A stretch of DNA of 64,000 bases, from the NCBI GenBank assembly GCA_964396445.1, contig CAYNFI010000004.1, forward strand, positions 1,007 through 65,006, read 5' to 3'. The DNA is from an uncultured Candidatus Bathyarchaeia archaeon. Its GTDB lineage: Archaea; Thermoproteota; CALKCG01; B24; JAWCPE01. This document shows, piece by piece, positions 1 to 9,526 of this stretch (position 1 is its first letter; each line of letters starts with the position of its first letter). The position numbers and the translations under genes are program-made. Under the pieces are notes generated by a model. That model saw nothing but the letters and a program-made list of their open reading frames with translations, ran no database searches and was not told where the DNA came from.

Positions 1-57
1 ACCACGGGAGGTGGCATAGTTACAGGTGGTTCCTGCGGCGTCATAGCTGGGAGGATT

Positions 58-399
58 ATGGCTGAGGCGGTTACGGAATCCGACCTCTCCGGGAAGCGTC
101 TGTCAAGTTATGAGCGGGGCTGGTGGAAGATGTGGGGGCGTGAGCTTAGGAGCCAGGGTTTAGCCAGGTACGCGGCTAACGTCCTCTCGGATGAAGCCGT
201 TGATGAGCTCTTCAAGGTTGTGGTGGAGGAGGGGTTGACTGAGGATATTGAGGTGAGCGGGGACATCGATTTCCAAAGCCACGTAATCCGCATGCTCTTA
301 AGGAAGCCGAGCGTTTACAGGGTGTTGCTTAAAGCCTTAGGCAGCACCTTGACAAAGCCGATTTTGTTTAAACCGAAGCCTCCAAAGTACAGGGTTTGA
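58..399 (+). CDS. hypothetical protein (113 aa)
   Basis: ATG ORF with GGGAGG immediately upstream. No recognisable motif. The antisense ORF 108..293 is judged a shadow. Confidence 0.35.
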   Translation: MAEAVTESDLSGKRLSSYERGWWKMWGRELRSQGLARYAANVLSDEAVDELFKVVVEEGLTEDIEVSGDIDFQSHVIRMLLRKPSVYRVLLKALGSTLTKPILFKPKPPKYRV

Positions 400-488
400 A
401 AGGGTTTTGAGGTTCATGGTTTCTTAGAGGGTTAGATGGTAGGACTGTTTAGTGATAGGTTGATGAGGCTTATAGGGTGCTGTGCTCT

Positions 489-934
489 ATGATTTAGCAG
501 GAGGAACATCATACGACGGTTAATGAAGAGCTTGTTGAGGCTAGGATTCGGGAGGTCAACGATGCTGTTCAAATACTCAGGGTCATCACGGACAAGGCTT
601 TTGGTGAGTTAACGGTCTATGAGAGGCTTTCTGTAAGGTTCCTCCTGATCCAGCTTGTTGAGGCCGCTTCGGCATATGCATGAGTATTCTGAATGTTTTC
701 AACGAGAGGCCTGAGGGTTTCCCCGAATGTTTTGGAAGGCTTGGGGTGAAGGGTGTTATACCGGAAGGGTTGGCTTCTAGGTTGGTTGCCGCGGCTAGGC
801 TTAGGAACCTTCTCGTGCATAGGTATTGGGTGGTGGACGATGAGAAGGTGTATGAGAGCGTGAAGAGGGGGTTGGAGGGCTTTCTAAGCTTCACACTCCA
901 TGCTAGGGCGTTTCTGGAGGGGAAGAGGGTGTGA
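489..934 (+). pseudogene. hepT: HepT/DUF86 (HEPN) toxin, disrupted or split
   Basis: ORF 680..934 carries the HEPN Rx4-6H motif (LRNLLVHRY). The matching N-terminal helices (NEELVEARIREV...ERLSVRFLLIQLVEAASAYA) lie in another frame (498..683), whose TGA overlaps ATG 680 (ATGA). The only upstream ATG (489) is followed by TAG at codon 3, and that frame has no ATG/GTG/TTG. Confidence 0.55.
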
Positions 935-1395
935 GTGGGTTTATAGACTTGGCTGGGCTGGAGTTTAAACGCCGTGAACTGGCGGCTGATGAGAGGGTTA
1001 GGCTTCTTGAGAAAGTGAAGGTGAGGCTTGAGGGCTTAGACGAGGTACTGTTCGCTTACGCATATGGAAGCTTTATAGGCGGAGTTTCCTTTAGAGACTT
1101 AGACATCGCTGTTTGGTTAGGGAACCCTGGGAAAGCCTTCTACTACACGGTTGATTTCTCAGCCACGCTGGGACTTGAGGTTGGGGTTCCAGTTGATGTA
1201 CAGGTTTTAAACGAGGCGCCTCTGCCCTTTAAGTTCAACGTCTACACCCGAGGAAGGCTTCTGTTCTCAAAGGATGATCACCTAAGGCTGAGGCTTGTTG
1301 ATGAGGCTTTGAGGGAGTACATGGACTTGAAGCTGCTGAGGGAGATCACGTTGAAACTCTCGGGGAACATGAAGCTTGAAGCCCAGGGTCTGTGA
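931..1395 (+). CDS. mntA: MNT-type minimal nucleotidyltransferase (antitoxin partner of HepT)
   Basis: Has the GS-x-GG...DLDIAV nucleotidyltransferase signature (YGSFIGGVSFRDLDIAVWL). The GTG start overlaps the HepT stop (GTGA). Confidence 0.75.
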   Translation: MSGFIDLAGLEFKRRELAADERVRLLEKVKVRLEGLDEVLFAYAYGSFIGGVSFRDLDIAVWLGNPGKAFYYTVDFSATLGLEVGVPVDVQVLNEAPLPFKFNVYTRGRLLFSKDDHLRLRLVDEALREYMDLKLLREITLKLSGNMKLEAQGL

Positions 1396-1494
1396 GGCTG
1401 GAAACCCCGATTCTCGGAAAGCACTTTGACGGACCTCGATTTCAGCTGTGAACAGGGTTCACGGCCGTGTTCTCGCGGTTGAATTTTTTTCCAC

Positions 1495-1545
1495 GGAGTG
1501 GATAAGCCCGTTACAGGCTTCTTTTCCTGATCTGAGTATGTTTCC
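1495..1545. repeat. copy 1 of an imperfect ~50-nt direct repeat
   Basis: ggagtggataagcccgttacaggcttcttttcctgatctgagtatgtttcc aligns with 1841..1895 at roughly 80% identity. It contains a conserved small hairpin, AAGCC-N7-GGCTT. Confidence 0.6.
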
Positions 1546-1840
1546 TAGGGCTGTTAGGTATTACCAGAAGTGTGTTTACATGGATGAAAAAGTGTTCAGA
1601 ACCCAACACGGTTATAGAATTACGCCGTGGAAGCCTTGGGCAAGTTTATCATTCCCCGCTCCGCTCGTGGGGAGACGACGTTGACCGCTTCGTTGGGTCT
1701 TCAACAACCGTTGTGTGAAGGTGGTTAACATACTTTTGATACTTCTCTGAGGCTGTTCTTTTAGACTGCGGCTGTTAAGAGACCATGTGGCTTCGGTGAA
1801 AGGCTCCTCTGCGCTCTCTTGCGAAAGAGGGGGGAGGGGG

Positions 1841-1895
1841 GGAGTAGTCGAATAAGCCCGTTTCAGGCTCCGTTTCCCGATCTGAGACTGTTTAC
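1841..1895. repeat. copy 2 of an imperfect ~50-nt direct repeat
   Basis: ggagtagtcgaataagcccgtttcaggctccgtttcccgatctgagactgtttac. It is immediately preceded by the G-run aggggggagggggggag (1828..1844). Confidence 0.6.
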
Positions 1896-2144
1896 TATCT
1901 CCGTTCAAGATCCTTCAAAGGGGTAGCCTATGGAGACCAGAGGGAGATCCACGTAAGGGTTTAAAAATGACCGAGTAGGCTGATTTGATTAAGTTATGTT
2001 ACCTAACCTATTTTATGCGGAGGTCTTGAACTAGGTTCATCCTTCTGCTGAAAGCCTTTGAAGGTTGGAATATAGTATTGATCTAGAACATTTGCTAGCA
2101 AATCGACCAGCTCCATAAAAAAATAATGGAAACCGTGAAAACCT

Positions 2145-2702
2145 ATGGATAAATCCTTAGAATACACCGTTGAATATCGCAACGTAAAACACCCGAGACT
2201 CGAATACAAAACAGGCACTCTACTCCTCATACTGCCTAAAAGCTACAGAGACGAGAATCAGACACTTGAAAAATACAAGAAATGGATACAAAAGAAAGAA
2301 CCTGTCATAAGAAAAGCGTTAGAGGAAGCGAAAGTTAAAAACCTTAACATTAATAGAACAGACAAGGAACTAAGAAGCCTAATCCACACCCTCGCTGAAA
2401 ACTACCGAAAAGAAATCAACACCAAGATAAAAAGAATCTACTTCAGAAAAATGAGGACAAAGTGGGCGAGCTATAGCCAAAACGGAAACTTAACCGTCAA
2501 CACCCTTTTAAAATATCTGCCACAGGATATAATCGAATACATCATCTTCCACGAAACAACCCATTCCATAGAGAGAAAACACAACGAAAAATTCTGGAAC
2601 ATCATAACCAATAAATTCCCAGACTACCCAACCAAAGAAAAAGACCTACTAACCTACTGGTTCATAATACAAAAAACAAATCGTGAGGCTATCTATCCTT
2701 AG
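2145..2702 (+). CDS. DUF45/YgjP-like (M48-type) zinc metallohydrolase
   Basis: HExxH motif in IIFHETTHSIERKHNEKFW near the C-terminus of a 185-aa K/E-rich protein. The gene is visibly more A/T-rich than its flanks. Confidence 0.65.
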   Translation: MDKSLEYTVEYRNVKHPRLEYKTGTLLLILPKSYRDENQTLEKYKKWIQKKEPVIRKALEEAKVKNLNINRTDKELRSLIHTLAENYRKEINTKIKRIYFRKMRTKWASYSQNGNLTVNTLLKYLPQDIIEYIIFHETTHSIERKHNEKFWNIITNKFPDYPTKEKDLLTYWFIIQKTNREAIYP

Positions 2703-3025
2703 AAATCGATATCGAAAAAGCCTATTCAGTGTCTTCAAGTTTCCCCAAACCACATAGTAAAAACATTTTCCCGTTTTTCACGGAGTGAATCGACATAGGT
2801 ATTGAATGCTTACGAGTACCCCCTTCCCCCCTGAGGGGGATATACCCGTCTGTCTCTGTCCATCCCTTTCTTTTTCTCCATCTCCACGGGAAGGGTTGAG
2901 TAAACGCCGATGTGTCTCAACCGAAAACCCCGTAATACAGAGGTTCAACGTTATTCCAAGTCGTGTATCGGTCGTATGCCTCGGCCTTCGTCCAGGCGCC
3001 TTTGAAACCGTAGCACGACGTTTCT

Positions 3026-6000
3026 TCATCCACCGTGTTTCCTTACCGTCACGTATACTTTCGCTTCACCGGGACGTAGAGTAAGCTTCGCCGGCGTAGC
3101 GACCGCGTTCTCACAATCTGCTAGATAACGGCAACCTGGGACGTTAACGGACCTCGGTTCATCGCTGAGGTTTACTAAGCCTATAACCCTTCTTTCACCT
3201 ACATCATAACTGAGCGTGTAAATGAAGGGGTCTCCCTCAAGTCCGCAGAGCTCGCTGAAAACCGTTGAAAGCCCTCTCCTAAGCTCTGCGAGGTCCGTGA
3301 ACTCTGCGACCCACCTTTCTGAACTCCAAACAACTACCTTTTTCCCGCGGTTCAGCAGGACTTTCTCCCCAACCTTCTCGTATCCTTCCCCTACGAACTG
3401 CCCGTCTTTGAAGCACAGCCCAAGTGCCGCAAGCCAGTCCTCATCCACTCTTCTAAACTCCAGCGCTGCTCTATCCAGTAACAAGCCTTTGCCACGTTGC
3501 AGGAGAGATTTGAGTTCGTCGGCTGTTATCGCCAGGGATTCTGACCCAGCGATGCATACGACCGCTGATTCCTCGGGATATGGAGGAGCTGAGACTGTAG
3601 TCGGTATCCCGATTGCCATGGTCAGCGGGAAGGGGAAGAGTTCCCCGAACAGGCTGGTGTCCTTAGACCTGGATACACATACGCTACCAATAGGCGCTTT
3701 GGCTCTAGGTATCATTGAATGGAATAAACGAAGTCTCGCCTTATCCTGCGCTAAAGCGTCGAAGTAGTCGGGGATTGTATACAACTCCTCGGCTATTTGA
3801 ACCTCGTCGACGCCGCTGAGAACCGATATGTAAGCCTTCTTAACAAGATTATGTGGTGAAAGTGAATTGGTGAAATTGAACCCAGGGGTAATAGCCGATG
3901 TCTCACTATGGATGTGAAGATTCTTTCCCCTGCAGAAGCTTAGGTGAAATTGGATGGAAAGAGCCTCGTTGACCTGCTCCCAAGATGGTTCGAAATCCTT
4001 ATCCGCGAAGTGTTCCTCGCCTATCCTCACGCATCTAGGCTTGCCGAGCGCTTGAACCTGTGCATTCAGGTCTACGCCGTACCTGTCCTCGGCAAAGCGC
4101 ATCCACATAACACCTAGAGCCACGTTTTCACTGATTTGATCAAGCCCCTCCCTAATTTCTCGCAAAAGTGAGGTTAACTGGCTACACCTAAACTGATGCC
4201 AATCCTGGAGGAGACTACTCCCCCGGTCATTAGCTTCTACAACATCCCGAAGCGCATTTCTATCCACGGTGTAGCCGTACTCAGCTTTGAACTGTGATAT
4301 GCATCTGTCACAATAGCAGCCTTCAGCTTGTATGCCGCCGCGACTTCCAAGCCTGAAATCATCGTCTAGGAGAACTTTCCTGAAACCCATACCCGCCAGT
4401 TCCTTGATGACGAAGAGAATTTCCCTTCGCGTCTGCGGGTTACTTGGGCAGGCCATGTGTGGAATAGGCTCCCCATTGGCGTTAATGCGGTAGTTCCAAT
4501 GCTCAGGAAGCTCTACATTTGCAACCATCGGTGGAAAAATGGTGCCTGGATGGCCAAGGGGCATGACGTTAGCCCATGTCCTGATGCCTTTGTTCTCCAA
4601 TTCTTCCTTGATTCTCCTCAACTGCTCTGGTGTAGCGCTCCATCGACCCCAATACCAAGCTATCAACGCCAAATGAGTGATCCCCGCAGAACGGCATCTT
4701 TCCACTAATTCTTCTAAATATTGATGTGAAGTCAGTAGTCGTGGTTGGTACTCGTAGCGGCTAACCAACAGAGGTTCCTCAGTGACGGGCTGTCTAAGCC
4801 TCCTCGACCATTCCTTGGCGGTCGTTACAAGTTTGTTGCCTTCGTTGTCATAGTATTCCATACCTCCCGTTTCAGCATTTATTTCTCGCTGGGCAAAGTT
4901 GTTAAGATAGTAGAGCGTCGGCTCGGTTATGTGTAAATTGTTAAGCATCGGTTCAGTATACTTTATGTCCTCATATTGATTTCCACCGATGTGATGCTTA
5001 GCGCCTACGTGGTTATTCCAATCCACTCCCTCGGTTAGAAAACCATAGGGACCATGGTGATGCTTGGCTATGGCTCTCAGTACGGTGAGGGCTTTCAGCA
5101 GATATTCCCGCTTACCAGTGTCCTCATAAGCTTCAAGGTATGCCAGCGATACCTCAGCGTTCTCCCATAGATAGGCTGTGTCCCACGATTCCTCCATGTA
5201 CAAGAGGCCTTTCGTGGCAAGGCTGTTCCTGTCCTCGCATATTTCAAATTCCTCAAGGCCGGCTAATGAATTCTCGTAAGCAAACCTCGTTACCTTTTTA
5301 TCATCCAATACCTTTCCGGCGAGTCTTAAAGTGCGGAATGCCACCGCATACGATACGTTTTCACGTTTATCGAAGGTATCATGGTTTATACTGCCGTATA
5401 AACCCCCGTGCTCGATGAATGTTTTAACCCTTTCCCTGATAACAACCCTATAATCAGCTATCTTTCTTCGCGTTAATTCACACATCAACTGAACTGTGAA
5501 AAGACCGTCCCCGCTTTGGTCGAAGATTGGGTCGTTGCCCCCGTCTGGTTTTTTATCATATGACAAGCCCTCCGCCGTGCTTCTCCTAGGATACCAGCCG
5601 TTTGGGGCAAGCTTCACCTTGCCATCAATCCACATAGCCGTCTTAGCTGCAACTTCCCGCATTTTCCGCTTATTTGCTTCATCAGCCAATACGTCGCTGA
5701 ATATTAGGAGCTGGTAAGCCATCTTCGCCATAGAACCGGTGCAAATCCAATCGTTGTTTTTCGCGTAATTTAGGTAGTACTCGCCGGTGATAACATTACG
5801 ATATGGAGTGATGAATCCTGTTTCATAGTCGATGAATCCATCCTCTAGAACATGGTCGAGTATCAAGAGCGCCTTCTCAGACAATGTTAAGTCATCGATG
5901 AAGGAGGCGTAAAGATACAGCTCGTAAGCTCCGCCGATGGCATTAGCAGCCCAGCCTGGTCCCTCAAGGTCGCCGAAGCCATGCCAGCCTTGTCTATCAC

Positions 6001-6166
6001 CTTTGACATCAACGAAGCTTGACTTTGACATCAAATGCTCCCTGTAGGCAGTGAGTGTACGTTTCACCATGAACTCAATTGAGTCTCTCATGCTGTCAAA
6101 AATGGTATAACAGGGATCAGCGGAAAGGTAGAAACTCGGGTTTTCATCCACCATACGAACCATCAC
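3026..6166 (-). CDS. large multidomain glycoside-hydrolase-like protein (1046 aa)
   Basis: Uninterrupted 3.1-kb ORF. The N-terminal half resembles (alpha/alpha)6-toroid sugar enzymes. The centre resembles GH-like TIM barrels (LLDDDFRLG, CYCDRCISQFKAEYG). The precise family is not assignable by eye. Confidence 0.5.
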   Translation of the reverse strand: MMVRMVDENPSFYLSADPCYTIFDSMRDSIEFMVKRTLTAYREHLMSKSSFVDVKGDRQGWHGFGDLEGPGWAANAIGGAYELYLYASFIDDLTLSEKALLILDHVLEDGFIDYETGFITPYRNVITGEYYLNYAKNNDWICTGSMAKMAYQLLIFSDVLADEANKRKMREVAAKTAMWIDGKVKLAPNGWYPRRSTAEGLSYDKKPDGGNDPIFDQSGDGLFTVQLMCELTRRKIADYRVVIRERVKTFIEHGGLYGSINHDTFDKRENVSYAVAFRTLRLAGKVLDDKKVTRFAYENSLAGLEEFEICEDRNSLATKGLLYMEESWDTAYLWENAEVSLAYLEAYEDTGKREYLLKALTVLRAIAKHHHGPYGFLTEGVDWNNHVGAKHHIGGNQYEDIKYTEPMLNNLHITEPTLYYLNNFAQREINAETGGMEYYDNEGNKLVTTAKEWSRRLRQPVTEEPLLVSRYEYQPRLLTSHQYLEELVERCRSAGITHLALIAWYWGRWSATPEQLRRIKEELENKGIRTWANVMPLGHPGTIFPPMVANVELPEHWNYRINANGEPIPHMACPSNPQTRREILFVIKELAGMGFRKVLLDDDFRLGSRGGIQAEGCYCDRCISQFKAEYGYTVDRNALRDVVEANDRGSSLLQDWHQFRCSQLTSLLREIREGLDQISENVALGVMWMRFAEDRYGVDLNAQVQALGKPRCVRIGEEHFADKDFEPSWEQVNEALSIQFHLSFCRGKNLHIHSETSAITPGFNFTNSLSPHNLVKKAYISVLSGVDEVQIAEELYTIPDYFDALAQDKARLRLFHSMIPRAKAPIGSVCVSRSKDTSLFGELFPFPLTMAIGIPTTVSAPPYPEESAVVCIAGSESLAITADELKSLLQRGKGLLLDRAALEFRRVDEDWLAALGLCFKDGQFVGEGYEKVGEKVLLNRGKKVVVWSSERWVAEFTDLAELRRGLSTVFSELCGLEGDPFIYTLSYDVGERRVIGLVNLSDEPRSVNVPGCRYLADCENAVATPAKLTLRPGEAKVYVTVRKHGG

Positions 6167-6788
6167 ACAGACATGTTCCCCGCCAAACTCTGTATAAAGT
6201 TTCCGCTTAACTCCCCATCAGACTCAACCCGCCAAACAGGCGTGACGAGGACCGGTTTTAGAGAACATCTCAAACTCGAGGTATTCGAGGTTAAGACGAA
6301 GGGGCTTCTATACCATACGCTCTCCAGACTTACGAGCCTATACGTAACTTTGAAGTCAGATCAATTAAACCTCATAATCTCCGATAAGATTGAGAGATAT
6401 GAGGTGGAAAGCTTGGTAGCAATAATAATTTTAAGTGTCTTCTCCTTGGCAACCCAAAGGCTGAAAGTGTTAAAGTGGTTCTAGGTAAAGAACATTCATG
6501 AAAAATTGGGTTTTCATAAGGCTATTGTGCAACTGACGGAAAGGTGAAGTCAAAACTCGATACGACGTGCAGGTCTGGTGAATGGATATTAAGGTGAAGT
6601 GACCTGTTTTAGGCATTCACTCTAAAAGACGTAATGAGAAAGGTGCGGGATAATACGGGTATTATGAGTCAATCCTTGTTCTATAGATCACTTTACCATT
6701 CTTAGACGTTTAAAAAACCGTTTTTTTAAAAGATTCCAACTGCAAACAGTTGAAGGGCCTCTCTATCATGTCTGAGAGCTTACCCTCA

Positions 6789-8567
6789 TTAGAGCATAAA
6801 CCTTTCATAGGTTTTCATCGCCTCGCTTAGAACCATGTCCTTCAAATCTCTTTCAGGTTCATCGATCCGGTGGAGGGTTAGGTAGGGGTTGGCTTCAAGG
6901 GTTTTCACCTCTTCCGGGTAACGCCATCCGTAGAGGTGGAAGACCGCAACCCTATGCCCGTCCTCCCCGAGGCTTCTAAGCATGGGAGACGCCTCCTTGA
7001 TGTTCTGCCAGCCCCCGTCGGTGATGACGACGATGAAGCATGGTCCCCCGGCTTCCTTAACCAGTTCCTTAAGCACAGGCGTAGGTATGATGGTTAAGGC
7101 GTTAAAATGCGTTGCTAACACGAGTTCCTTAACCTCAGCTTGGTCGCTCCAATCGGCGACGAGGTGGTTTGTGGAGAAGGAAACCGCTGCGGCGTCACCT
7201 CCAGCCCATAGGGCGCTTAGGTAAGCGATGTACGCGGCTGTTGAGGCTTCGTCGAAGGCGTTTGACATGCTCTGGCTTGAGTCGAGCACCGTGACAACTG
7301 AGGGAACGTAGCCTGAGACCGGTCCCTGCCCGTAGCCCATCAGGCTTTCATGCCACTTAAGCGTTGTCACCTCGGGGATGATAGGGCCTTCGTCGAGGCT
7401 TGTCTCAAGGTCGAGGGCTTCGATGTCATCCTCGACACTCCACTCATCGGGGTAGCTTAAAACCTTCCAAGTAGGCTTAATCCTCGGGCTTTCAGTGAGG
7501 TATTGGATAAGGGTCTCCGCCGCCCTGGCACGGTACCAGAAACGCTTCCAAAGGGCGTCCTTATCCAACAGCAAGGGCTTTACCCCATGCTTCCTCCCGA
7601 GGGCTGTGGGAAGCTCATAGGATTCACCCTTCAACTTTCCCTCCAAGGCTTCCCCGGGCTTCTCCCTGCCTAAACCTGAAACCTTCTCTTCACGGCTTCC
7701 CCCAGCCCCCATAGCCGCACCAGGCTTCGTCGCCCTCTCAACCAAAGCCCGCACCTTCCCTTTCTCAAAGCTTCCCTCAGTCAGCCTAGGCTTCACCCAC
7801 TGTTCAAAGAAGCTACGCGCTTCCTCCCTGTCCTTAATCCCTCCGAGCACTTGGGCTACGAGCGTGGCGGAGTTTGGTGAGAAGTCCTCGCGGACTACAA
7901 GCCTCGCTCCGCCAAGCCGTCCACCGTACTTCCAGGTCGCTGAATCCTTAAGCAGCTTTGGGTTACGCGTCTTGAACGTTGAGAGGATGGAAGCGATGGT
8001 TTCCACCTTGACGCGCCAAGGCTTAGCTGAACGTATTGTTTCCGCTATAAGCCCGGCGTAGGTTGCGAACTCCTTAGGCACATGTCTACTCTTGATCTCA
8101 GGGTACATGGCTTTGTAAACGGCGTAGCCGAGCCTCCCCGCGCCCTTAGGGGAAGCCTTCCTAAACTCTTCCTCCACATGGTATGGAAGCCTATGGAAAC
8201 GGTTCCTTAAGTAGACGCCGTCCGTTTGGAGGTCGCAGAACAGGTGGAGGGTGAAGTAGGCGAGGCTCCTGCTCCCCGTAACCCTGTAAGCCGCCTTCTG
8301 CAACTGGTAAGCCGTCTTCACGTCGTAGGGGCAGTAGTGGGCGTGGCTGAGGTCGTGGCGAAGCGCCCAGAGCAGGTGCGCCTCAGGGTTCAGGCTTCCC
8401 GAGAAGGCTTCAGGGTTAACGTACACAGCTCCCTTGGAGACAGGGGCTGGATACCTACGCCTAGGAGCCTTCCCCTCCCTTGAAACCTCGAGCCTGCATG
8501 GGGGGCAGTAGAGTTCCACACGTGCCTGGTCGAAGGCTTTAACGATATCCGCTTCCTTCAACGCCAC
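6789..8567 (-). CDS. VWA-domain protein with N-terminal metallopeptidase-like region (DUF2201-like MoxR partner)
   Basis: MIDAS DxSxS motif (VLDSSQSMS) and IVVITDGG in the C-terminal half. The N-terminal region has LRHDLSHAH, an HDxxH variant of HExxH. GTG start. Confidence 0.7.
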   Translation of the reverse strand: MALKEADIVKAFDQARVELYCPPCRLEVSREGKAPRRRYPAPVSKGAVYVNPEAFSGSLNPEAHLLWALRHDLSHAHYCPYDVKTAYQLQKAAYRVTGSRSLAYFTLHLFCDLQTDGVYLRNRFHRLPYHVEEEFRKASPKGAGRLGYAVYKAMYPEIKSRHVPKEFATYAGLIAETIRSAKPWRVKVETIASILSTFKTRNPKLLKDSATWKYGGRLGGARLVVREDFSPNSATLVAQVLGGIKDREEARSFFEQWVKPRLTEGSFEKGKVRALVERATKPGAAMGAGGSREEKVSGLGREKPGEALEGKLKGESYELPTALGRKHGVKPLLLDKDALWKRFWYRARAAETLIQYLTESPRIKPTWKVLSYPDEWSVEDDIEALDLETSLDEGPIIPEVTTLKWHESLMGYGQGPVSGYVPSVVTVLDSSQSMSNAFDEASTAAYIAYLSALWAGGDAAAVSFSTNHLVADWSDQAEVKELVLATHFNALTIIPTPVLKELVKEAGGPCFIVVITDGGWQNIKEASPMLRSLGEDGHRVAVFHLYGWRYPEEVKTLEANPYLTLHRIDEPERDLKDMVLSEAMKTYERFML

Positions 8568-8579
8568 GCTAAAACCGCC

Positions 8580-9410
8580 TCAAGCGTTCTCTACTTTAAC
8601 CGCTAACACCAGTAGGCTTGAATGATGCAGCAGTCTCCTGTCATAGGACTCGAAGAGCATCGATAGCTGCGCCAGGATAGGAAGTAGGATGATTGAAACC
8701 ACTGGTTTGAACCTTTCCCTCAGCCCGTATCCATCGTTAAATGAGAATTCCCCGGGCCAGATATGAAGGTCATTATAACACATCTTCATGAATTTGGAAG
8801 CGTTTCCAGAGGTGTAGTAGAAAAAATCCTGGACCATGAAACCGTGTGACAGTAGCTTCCCCTTCAGAGCATCCACGGTGTAGTGTCTTTTATGCCCTAC
8901 GGTTTTATCGAAATCATCCCCGAACCATTCAGGGTAGAAGGGTGTGGGAACGGAGAGTACGAGTCTCCCACCGAGCTTCAACACCCTGTTCACGGCTTTC
9001 AGGGTAGACGCCTCTTCTTCAACGTGCTCCAGGACGTCTAACAGTAGAATCTGATCGGCAGAACCGTTCCTCACGGAAGCGAGGGTCTGGGCGTCATCCC
9101 TTCCCGTGGAAACGAGGTCGGAGACACCGAGAGCCTCTACGTTCCTCTTCAGCGACCGATACTGCTCCTCACTGTACGCCAGGGAGAGTATGGGTGAATT
9201 GAAACATTGGGAAAGCTCTATTGAAAACCATCCCTCACCGGCTCCGACATCCACCGTATGAGCGCATTTTCTGAAAACTTTTTTCGCGGCTGTTATCCTC
9301 AGGAAAGAGTGTAGGTCAGGCGATTGGCTGGTAAGCCTCATCAGTTTTAACGGGTTCGATAAACCTCTGATCAGAAGTTGATTCAACGCCTCCCAAGAGT
9401 TTAGGAACAC
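8580..9410 (-). CDS. class I SAM-dependent methyltransferase
   Basis: Motif I VDVGAGEGW and post-I LLLDVLEHV. GTG start. TATAAATA sits on the coding strand about 50 nt upstream. Confidence 0.75.
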   Translation of the reverse strand: MFLNSWEALNQLLIRGLSNPLKLMRLTSQSPDLHSFLRITAAKKVFRKCAHTVDVGAGEGWFSIELSQCFNSPILSLAYSEEQYRSLKRNVEALGVSDLVSTGRDDAQTLASVRNGSADQILLLDVLEHVEEEASTLKAVNRVLKLGGRLVLSVPTPFYPEWFGDDFDKTVGHKRHYTVDALKGKLLSHGFMVQDFFYYTSGNASKFMKMCYNDLHIWPGEFSFNDGYGLRERFKPVVSIILLPILAQLSMLFESYDRRLLHHSSLLVLAVKVENA

Positions 9411-9488
9411 GGTGAAGCCCGTCCATCAGCTCATACCGTAATGTTAAGGATACAGGTTATTTATAGCCCAACAGGGTTAACGTCAACC

Positions 9489-9524
9489 CCCCTCAGATGA
9501 TAGGCAGACGTCTACGCTGAGGGG
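9489..9524 (-). terminator. stem-loop immediately 3' of the MoxR-like ATPase gene
   Basis: 8-bp inverted repeat cccctcag/ctgagggg around a 20-nt loop, starting 3 nt after the stop codon. No long oligo-T follows, so its function is uncertain. Confidence 0.3.
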
Positions 9525-9526
9525 CT

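Noticed and set aside
1828-1844. G-run as a G-quadruplex element
   Set aside because: There are only two long G tracts separated by a single A. It is more informative as one arm of an inverted repeat with the C-run at 2819..2831.
1495-1895. Diversity-generating retroelement template/variable repeat pair
   Set aside because: The differences between the two copies are not adenine-specific (T>C, T>G, A>T are all seen). No reverse transcriptase is nearby, and neither copy lies in a credible CDS.
1440-1900. Possible CRISPR array or leader, because of the repeated ~50-nt units
   Set aside because: There are only two copies, separated by about 300 nt, far longer than a spacer. The copies are only about 80% identical, and no cas genes are in the window.
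1448-1908. ORFs 1448..1684 (+) and 1612..1908 (-) as protein genes
   Set aside because: They lie in the repeat-containing spacer. They have low-complexity, atypical composition and no SD or promoter context. They overlap each other antisense.
2778-3084. ORFs 2778..3029 (-) and 2806..3084 (+)
   Set aside because: Both run through the C-run/G-run hairpin region and the 3' end of the 1046-aa gene. Their Pro/Ser/Arg-rich translations are typical of spurious frames.
3222-3767. Long antisense ORFs inside conserved genes (e.g. 3222..3767, 9627..10175, 29667..30245, 41595..42011, 42243..42716, 56623..57081, 60756..61166)
   Set aside because: Each is fully embedded opposite a gene with clear family motifs. 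Their Ser/Pro/Arg/Leu-rich translations are typical of shadow frames.
6173-6484. 103-aa ORF in the spacer upstream of the large GH-like gene
   Set aside because: It lies in an A/T-rich spacer with no motif and no RBS. The region is more likely the promoter/5' region of the 3026..6166 gene.
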